DNA of 63,811 bases, counting the filler. It is 14 parts of 14 records of this genome, joined end to end, with 100 filler letters (N's around TTAATTAATTAA, not from the genome) between each part and the next. Parts side by side here need not be neighbours in the genome. Positions count along the whole stretch, not along the records: positions 56,325 to 60,151 come from SRR15195285_4902; positions 60,252 to 63,811 come from SRR15195285_4905; 12 more parts are not named here. The stretch is one strand, 5' to 3'. Positions 56,783 through 63,811 of the stretch are shown piece by piece. Within the stretch, counting starts at the first letter, position 1, and each line of letters begins with the position of its first letter. The notes under the pieces were generated by a model. It was given only the letters and a program-made list of their open reading frames with translations. It made no database searches and was not told the DNA's origin. The translations under genes were made by a program, and so were the position numbers.

Positions 56783-59700
56783 TTAGGAGCCGTAGTCGTG
56801 GATAGACGACAGTCGTGGGTCGTTCCTCAATTTCGTGTCCAGCTCGGCGAACTTCTGCAGCGCCTGGTCCTCATGCCTCGCGAGGCGCTGCTCCAAAATT
56901 TGGATGCGGAACCACGCCTCGGCACAGAACTCCTCGTATTCTTCCTCCTGCTCCGGCGTAGCATGATCTCGTGTGCGCTGGAAGGCTGCCTGTCGCCGCG
57001 CAAGAATTGCGTTCTCGTCGTCGAGACGGGACTGGATGATATTCGCGCGGTCGATGAGACGGTTTTTGAGCGCGAGCAGAGCCTTGTCCTTGCAATCGAT
57101 GGCCTCGTCCTTGACCAACCGCACCGACATATCTTGTGGGGCGTAGCCTTGCGGCAGGTAGGGCTTTAGGTAGTCGCGCTCTTCCAGTAGCTCCTGCTTG
57201 TCATCCTGCCCGGCATCGTCGCCTCCTTCAGCGATGCGCTTGCGGATAGTGTCATACATGTCTGCTTCGAGCTGGATGTCGTCCTCGTCCTTCTTCCGCG
57301 CCTCCATGATGGCGTCAGCATCCTGCTCCTGCTCTTTGGCGATCGTCAGGCACTGTTTCATTTCGTCTTCGAGCACCTTTGGCATCTTATGACGGTCGTC
57401 ATATGCTTTCACGTCCAGCGGCTTGCCGTTGGCATCCAAAGCATTGACACTGTTCTCCTCTGCCTTGGAAAACAGCCGAACGCGCCGTGTAACCCGTCCG
57501 GGCTCGTGGTGGTAGTCGTAACGTACTGTTAAGTCCTTGTAGACAAACGTCTTCTTGTACACATCCTGTTCCACCGGTTTAGACTCGTTGCGATCGTACT
57601 TTTCCGTCATTTTCCGGATCTTCAGGTCCGGGTCTGTAATCCTCGAGCCAGGCACGTTCTTCTTCTCTCGAAGTACCTCCTTCGGCTGTCCATCTGTCTC
57701 GAAGCACATGCTCCGGAAAGCCAGCTTGTCGTCGCGATTGACGAACTTTTCCACCACCTTTACACCCCATTCCTCGTATCGCTCTGCTAGTCCTTCCTTA
57801 TGCGCGGACGGATAGAATAACATTCGCCTGTAGTCTGCACACTCGATCACATCCTTCAGCCCTGTGATTCTCCCGGTCGCCTGCCCGCCGTAGTTGGTCT
57901 GGCCCGTCAACTCGCGATGTCCCTGGGCAAACTTCTCATGTGTCTTACCGTCTGCGTAAGTAACCCTCTCAGCCAGCTTGTCCATGCGGTGCTCGAAGGT
58001 CATCGTGCTCTCAACAAACTGCTCGCACGCGTCATCGGCGTAAGTGGTGAGTATCGAGGTGCAGCCATCCTCTCGGTGATACTCTGCGAAAATCTCCAGC
58101 TTCGTACGCGAATAAGCACGCGCCTTCTGGCCTCCGAGGGCTCGCTGGTTGAAATCGTCGTGCGATATTTCGATCTTGCGGCACCACGAAGGTGGCACCT
58201 CCAAGTGGTCCTTCGCAGATTCTGCAGCATCAGCTGCTTCACCGGCTTCATCACCCACAGACTCAGGTGCATCAGCTTCCATCCCGAGGAGGTCCGAATC
58301 GGCCATGTCCAGGCCGACGTCAAAGCCGCCTGATGGTGACTCATAAAAGACAAACTCCCACAGAGCTGGGTTCTGGAGCTTCCATGAAAACTTCGCGTCG
58401 AGTGCGAGATTGGACTCCTGCATGTTCACGAAGTAGTTCTGGTGATTCCAGACAGACTCAACTCCGAGGAACGGCGACTCAGCCACCGGGTACACGCGCC
58501 CACTAACTGGCTCAATGAACATCGGGTGAGAGACCTGGCGCTTGCCGACACGTAGCAAGATCCAGTAGTGCACGCGCATGCCCTTGTAATCGTCAACAGG
58601 CTCGGGCTTCGGGGCGACTTTCGCAGCCTCAGCTGCCGCAGCAGCCTCAGCTGCTGCTGCCTTCGCCGCCTGGGCAGCCTCGTAGCCGCTCTCCAGCTTG
58701 GCTGGTGGAGTGTACTTGTAAGGATTTTTGCGAGTAGCAGCGGGTGCATCTTTGTTCGGCTTCGGAGACATCCCGAAGCCGTCTAGGTCCGCGGCCGACG
58801 CTTCTGCTCCTTCCTCCTGACCGAAGGTGGCCGAATATCCCAAGTCGCTCTCGTTGCCGTTGCAGACCCACTCAGGCGCGTACCCGGCGACGATGTAAGC
58901 ATCGTAACCGACACCTAGCAGCAGCGAGCAGAGGGCATTGGCGAAGTCCAGCGTGTCGCCGCGCTGCCACTTCAGCACCGAGTGCGGCGACGGCGCGTGA
59001 CTCGGGTGAGTGAGCGGATCACCCAGAGGCTCGTGGAGCAGGTAGTTTGACACGAACTTCGCGCAGCTGTGATACTCGTACACCTCCTTGAACTCGAGCT
59101 TCGTCGGGCGCAGCGTCTGGGACACAAACTTGCGGATGCCACACTCGTTGCGCGGGCAGAGCAGCAGCGGGCGGCGCTCGGGGTAGAGCTGCGTGAACTG
59201 CTTGTTGAAGTCCTCTACGTACGCGAGGACCAGCTTCTCCTTCGTGTCGTTCGTGTTGTATGTAACGGACTGTGCGACGAAGTCCTGGACACGGATCTGC
59301 TTGAAGCTCGCGCGGTCGATTGGCGGATCTGGGTTGACCGGCGGCGGCTCCACATAGTTCACGATCTCTGCGAACTCCTCAAGCTGGGGCCGTGCGACGA
59401 GAGAAAGCGACCGGTCAGGCAAGGCGACCCTGCGCAGGCGCGGCGGCGGGAGCGGGGCGAGCGATGGATGGCGGGGCGCGCACCGTGATGTCGGCCTCGG
59501 GATCGGCGTCGAGCTGTTCGACGAACCCCTCCACGTCCTTCTCGTGATCTTGGAGCAGCTCGATCAGGTCCTGGGCGGCATTGAACTTCTCCTTGAGGGC
59601 CCCTCGCGTCAGCACCACAGTCTGGTCCGGGTCGACCTCATCCCTGAACAGCGCCTGCCCCACCACGCCGCGCCCACACACATACACGTCAGAGAACGGC

Positions 59701-60079
59701 CTCCCGCGACAACCAACGGCGCCACACAGGACCCCGCACAACGCGGAAACCTCCACCCAGCACGCCCAAGACAGGCCGCTCCAGCCCCGCTAGCCCTCGA
59801 AAACGCCCCAGCCGTGCACGGCAGCCCCAGCGCAACCCTCCACACCCACCCACACCCACAACAACAACAACCATGGCCGCCCCCAAACGGACAACAATCT
59901 CCGCCTCCACACAGCGCAGCTCCGCCCTCTCCCGGATGCCCGGCTGGCCGGCTGGACTCGACGGACTAGACGGCTCCCCCGCGCACCTCGATCCTCTCAG
60001 TCCAGGGCGGCAGCTCGAGCTCCTCCTCCTCCTCCGAACCGTCGCTCATGTACCCCTCCTCATCCTCGGAGGACCCCAT
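56783..60079 (-). CDS. DRC7: Dynein regulatory complex subunit 7 (CCDC135) with N-terminal EF-hand-like extension
   Basis: KEKLVLAYVEDF..QF..LYPERRPLLLCPRNECGIRKFV..TLRPT, transglutaminase-like LCSLLLGVGYDAYIVAGYA, RVHYWIL, FLGVESVWN..NY.VNMQ and FRIQILEQRL.RHE...L..DPRL. Exons 59987-60079, 59484-59654 and 56783-59383. Confidence 0.95.
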
Positions 60080-60109
60080 CGTCCGCCCAGGGCGCCTTGT
60101 TCGCCCTCT

Positions 60110-60151
60110 CCCCAGTCAATAGTATGGGGTGGTGGAAAAGGGGGCGACCAC
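60110..60151 (-). promoter_or_regulatory. Bipartite upstream element GTGGTCGCCCC-N16-TACTATTGACTGGGG, copy 2
   Basis: Lies 30 nt upstream of the DRC7 ATG and matches 48047-48088. Confidence 0.5.
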
Positions 60152-60251
60152 NNNNNNNNNNNNNNNNNNNNNNNNNNNNNNNNNNNNNNNNNNNNTTAAT
60201 TAATTAANNNNNNNNNNNNNNNNNNNNNNNNNNNNNNNNNNNNNNNNNNNN
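60152..60251. other. Artificial contig linker
   Basis: N44-TTAATTAATTAA-N44. Confidence 0.99.
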
Positions 60252-60710
60252 TGAATTTCTGTGCAGTCTGTATTGGAAAATAGCTTTTGAATGAAGAGGC
60301 GTTTTACGTCTCTTCATCAGGGCGTCGTAGCCGCTATATGAGAATCGACCTGGTATTTCCCTCCTCCCGTGCTGATTTCTCAGTGAATTTCAGGGATCAA
60401 AATGTTTAATAACTCGTCTTCATTTCATTGAATTATATGGTTTCAATTCTGACGAAATCAAATCAGTGTGTACACGGCGTTCTGAACATCGCCTTTGGCG
60501 GCCGCGGCGGCGCATCGCACCGCGCGGCGCCCGCGCGCATGCACTGCTGGCCGCGGCGCCAGGCAGTGGCATTTACGCATGCAGGCGTCGCACGCGCGGC
60601 GCCGGCGCGGCGCCGGCACGCTCGTCGTCGCTGCCAGCGGCCGGGCGGCGGGCACCTGGGTCGGCAGTGCGTGGGCACCGACGCACCTGGGTGGGCAGCC
60701 GTTGCGTGGC

Positions 60711-63476
60711 ATGAACATGGCTATGGCTGGCGCGCTGATAGTCGTGGCAGCTGCATCCGCCAGGCATCGTGGGGGCAGGGCAGGCGTTGACCCATGTGCA
60801 GCAGGCACAGCGGACTTCCCCGCCTGCCTCGCGTCTACTCGTGACCAAGTGCAGGCGCTTGAGGCTGCGATGCAGCTTGCACGCGACGCTGGGGTTCGCA
60901 CAGCCGAGGAGCAAACGACATTGGCGATGGGGAATTTTTTCATCGGGGCTGCCGAGTATGACCACTCCCACAACAACACCGGCTACTATGCCGAAACACT
61001 GGGCTGGCAGTGCCAGGGTCGGTGCCCCCCCGGACTCGCTAGTAAAGCCGCGCAGCTACTGCCGTACAAGGAGCTCAAGATGGCGTCGACGCTGATGGGT
61101 GCGAGGACCATAGAACTGCAGAGCCTAGCCAACGCCACCACCACCCGGCACCCAGGCCGCACTGTGGATTGGTCCAGCGTCGGCCCTTGCCCTGACGACT
61201 CTGGCTGGTGGTGCGAGGTCGTCAGCGACCAAGCTCACGAACCAGCTTTTTTTGGATCGTGGACATGGGTGCCGCAAGGTTCCTCTAGTGGCGCATCGGT
61301 CGCCCGAGAGCTCGGTACTAGCATCGCAGACGTCTACCTGAACGTTGCCGCGCTGGCCAGCCGGCCAGGTGCCCCGCCCAACCGCCAGTACCTCGCCACG
61401 GTGCGGGCCACTCTTGACCAGCTGCATGCCAGCAACACCAAGGCAGAGCTTTTCGTGGGCTCAAACTTGCCGCAATGGGCGGATGCTGCCTACCCTGGGA
61501 TCAGCAACAGCTCTCTTTTTGACCAGCATGATTGGGGCTTCGATATCGACCACCCAGCTTCTCGTGCAATCTTGGGGCCCGCCTATACTGCCGCTGCCCA
61601 GGAGCTGGGGGATCACCCAGCAGTGGTATCATGGATGTTCGCCAACGAGCCCGCTTTCATCTCCACGCAATCGAACTGGACGCAGACAAAATTTCGCAAG
61701 TGGTTGCGCACTGAATATGATGGCGACTTAGCCGAGCTCAATCGCCTGTGGAATGCCACCTTCAGTAGCTTTGCGACAGTACCACTACGTCAGTACAAGA
61801 GCGCCATGGTAGATCCGATTTGCACGCTTGCGGAGTGGCACGATTGGTGTGCGTTCAACGCCTGGCGTGTGACAGATTGGTTCACCTTCATGCACGACAC
61901 GATCGTCGCAGGCGCACCCAGATCCGCCTCTGCCCCGCCGCGCTGCCATGCAAAGATCATGAACGGTGACCTCTGGCAAGTCTCATCCGTACCTGGTATG
62001 TGGCAGACCCACGCGATCGGGATCGACCGTGAGGCATTGATTGACCTATTTGAGGTGAACGGCTGTGATACGACCATAGGCCAATCCGAGCCGACGACAC
62101 TGCTCCGCACCTGGCCACCGTGGCCAACTAACCACCCACAAAACATGACATTTGCAGTGAATTGGCTAGTGCTGGCTATGGGCTATGACTTCATGCGATC
62201 TCTCGCCCCACACAAGCCGTTGTTTGACTCAGAATGGCACGCCCTGTCTGGAATGGCTGGCCGGTACAGCGACCTCAATTTGCCCGAGGCAGTGCTCACG
62301 CCGGATTACGCCAGCTTTGCGGCTTGGCATTCGCACATACATGGCCAAGCAGGTAATATCGCCTGGTACAGGGGGCGCGGGAGCGCCAACAACACGTTTG
62401 CGGTTAACCCCGAGGCGAGCGGCAGCGCCTTCGCGGACCAAGCGCTCACGCAGCCCGCAGCGGTAGAGGGCTATGCGTACGAACAGGTACGCATGAACAC
62501 GCACGCAAGGGCAATTCGTACAGTCGCGACAGCGCCAAGGGAGCTGTGCTTTCTCTACTCGGAAGCCGCAGCCATGGCGAATGGTATGGATACTGGCCCT
62601 GACTCATACCTCACCACGACCATGCGAGTGTTTGAGGCAGCGAACTTTCTTTCCGTTCCACTAGGCTTTGTGACCGAGCGGCAACTGCAACGGGGGCAGC
62701 AGGCAGACTGCAAGCTGCTGCTGCTGCCATCCGTGGGGTATATAGAGAATCGCACGCTGACGGCACTGGCGCAGCTAGAGGCACGAGCGACAGGCACCGT
62801 ACGATTGCTTGGCGCAGGAATGGCAGGGGCGGGGATGCAGTTGGACCCACGTGGGCGACCACACGACGCAGATGCCTTGCACTTTGTGAGTGGGCTGCAT
62901 CCGATGGTTCTGGTGAGTGGCAACGAGACGGCGCAGGAGCTGCACAAACGGCTGGATGCGGCCCTACCTTTCACTGACAAACCAAGTGCCGCCATCGATA
63001 CTGGTGCTTCTGCCACTGATGGTGCAGTGGTTTCGCGGGTTCTGGGGTGCTTTCAGCCAGGCTCCACCTCACTCTCTGCGTTTGGTGTGGAGTGCCGTGC
63101 TGCTATTGGCCCTGTCGATCGGCCCAATGGCCCGGGAGTACCAGCAGGGACGCGTACTATGTTGTTATGGGCTGCAAATTTCCTGAAGGTCACCACTGCA
63201 ATTGAGATTCGAGCGCAGTCTGGCTGGACCATTACGCGTGTTACCGACGTGCTCTCCAATGCGAGCGTGCCCGTGGTGTCGGCTCCTGATCTCACCGGCG
63301 ATAGTGGGCAAGTGGCTGTCAACCTCAAGACGCTACAATGGAGACTGCTGGCAGTGCAGTGTCGAGTTGTGGCAGCGCCAATCAAAAGGACGACAGCGAC
63401 ACGAGCCATATCAGTGGCACAAGCCGACGTGCCTCACATCGAGACCAACGTTACGCTTCCACGTGCGCTGGAGTGA
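60711..63476 (+). CDS. Secreted clan GH-A glycosidase, GH42 beta-galactosidase-like
   Basis: Signal peptide, LPQWA...YP, acid/base WMFANEP, FRKWLRTEY.GDLAELNRLWNATFSSF, probable nucleophile KPLFDSEWH and a trimerisation-like domain. Intronless. Confidence 0.85.
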   Translation: MNMAMAGALIVVAAASARHRGGRAGVDPCAAGTADFPACLASTRDQVQALEAAMQLARDAGVRTAEEQTTLAMGNFFIGAAEYDHSHNNTGYYAETLGWQCQGRCPPGLASKAAQLLPYKELKMASTLMGARTIELQSLANATTTRHPGRTVDWSSVGPCPDDSGWWCEVVSDQAHEPAFFGSWTWVPQGSSSGASVARELGTSIADVYLNVAALASRPGAPPNRQYLATVRATLDQLHASNTKAELFVGSNLPQWADAAYPGISNSSLFDQHDWGFDIDHPASRAILGPAYTAAAQELGDHPAVVSWMFANEPAFISTQSNWTQTKFRKWLRTEYDGDLAELNRLWNATFSSFATVPLRQYKSAMVDPICTLAEWHDWCAFNAWRVTDWFTFMHDTIVAGAPRSASAPPRCHAKIMNGDLWQVSSVPGMWQTHAIGIDREALIDLFEVNGCDTTIGQSEPTTLLRTWPPWPTNHPQNMTFAVNWLVLAMGYDFMRSLAPHKPLFDSEWHALSGMAGRYSDLNLPEAVLTPDYASFAAWHSHIHGQAGNIAWYRGRGSANNTFAVNPEASGSAFADQALTQPAAVEGYAYEQVRMNTHARAIRTVATAPRELCFLYSEAAAMANGMDTGPDSYLTTTMRVFEAANFLSVPLGFVTERQLQRGQQADCKLLLLPSVGYIENRTLTALAQLEARATGTVRLLGAGMAGAGMQLDPRGRPHDADALHFVSGLHPMVLVSGNETAQELHKRLDAALPFTDKPSAAIDTGASATDGAVVSRVLGCFQPGSTSLSAFGVECRAAIGPVDRPNGPGVPAGTRTMLLWAANFLKVTTAIEIRAQSGWTITRVTDVLSNASVPVVSAPDLTGDSGQVAVNLKTLQWRLLAVQCRVVAAPIKRTTATRAISVAQADVPHIETNVTLPRALE

Positions 63477-63811
63477 CGACAAGCGGGCAAACTTGTCGGC
63501 CGTCCACGCGATCCGGATCTCGTACTAGGCGGACTCTGGACGAGCCGAGGGCAGCCCGTCACAATCGTTTCTGGTAGAGCACAGCATAGGCCAGAGTGTT
63601 GTGAACATCTTGAAATGAAACCATGCAGTTCACAAAATAATACTGATCGCTGCATAATGTAAGGCGATCAATGCTAGGCCACGACAACATAATACGCGTC
63701 CCGCTAGGTTTTACATTTCTGTCTGCTCGATCAGGGTATGCCTTGATGAGTTGATGCGACGGGCATAAGGCCCTGGCTCTACATACATAGTACATGTACT
63801 GTACGGAATTC

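Noticed and set aside
3184-60251. 13 recurring TTAATTAATTAA units as a repeat array or CRISPR
   Set aside because: Each is flanked by exactly 44 N on both sides and gives six-frame stops, so it is an artificial concatenation linker.
63380-63530. Frameshifted C-terminal extension of the GH42-like gene
   Set aside because: Alternative frames are short and match nothing I can support.
1-63811. A multi-gene system spanning the window (e.g. Prp18 + SPF27, or a glycan locus)
   Set aside because: The genes are on different contigs joined artificially; only within-contig adjacency is informative.
1-63811. Alternative genetic code or stop readthrough to explain broken ORFs
   Set aside because: The breaks examined are resolved by GT-AG or GC-AG introns that restore conserved motifs, and TAA, TAG and TGA all end genes.
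1-63811. tRNA, rRNA, snRNA, transposase or viral genes
   Set aside because: No cloverleaf, rRNA/snRNA signature or transposase/RT/capsid motif was recognised by eye; a covariance-model search was not possible.

Overview
This window is not one locus. It is 14 short eukaryotic contigs (about 3-7 kb each) joined by 13 identical artificial linkers (N44-TTAATTAATTAA-N44), so adjacency across a linker means nothing. The DNA is GC-rich and gene-dense, with roughly 40 short spliceosomal introns (mostly about 70-330 nt, GT-AG, one GC-AG). DRC7 and a calflagin-like protein indicate a flagellated protist, and the degradative enzymes suggest a heterotroph; the lineage cannot be fixed from this sequence. 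Recognisable genes are Ataxin-2, a PhyH-like dioxygenase, Prp18, a formin, a Cys-less pentameric ligand-gated channel, a TIR-NB-ARC-TPR-like NLR, two alpha/beta hydrolases, a GH27 alpha-galactosidase, a GHL15-like/PAN protein, an amidohydrolase, a 6TM K+ channel, a giant REJ/GAIN/PSI/EGF/filamin surface protein, purple acid phosphatase, a UBL-ATL fusion, WD40, WW, MATH-BTB, beta-helix and UBL-BTB-SAM-SPRY proteins, SPF27, DRC7 and a GH42-like glycosidase. The best leads are: (1) the NLR, whose P-loop is hidden by an intron and which seems to carry an RRM-like domain inserted after the MHD motif; (2) two homologous neighbouring introns in the phosphatase gene (introner-like); (3) a bipartite 11+N16+15 bp element just upstream of two unrelated genes; (4) unusual fusions (GAF-Rab-like-NT-C2, UBL-ATL, EF-hand-DRC7). 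All exon structures and domain calls were made by eye, with no database searches.
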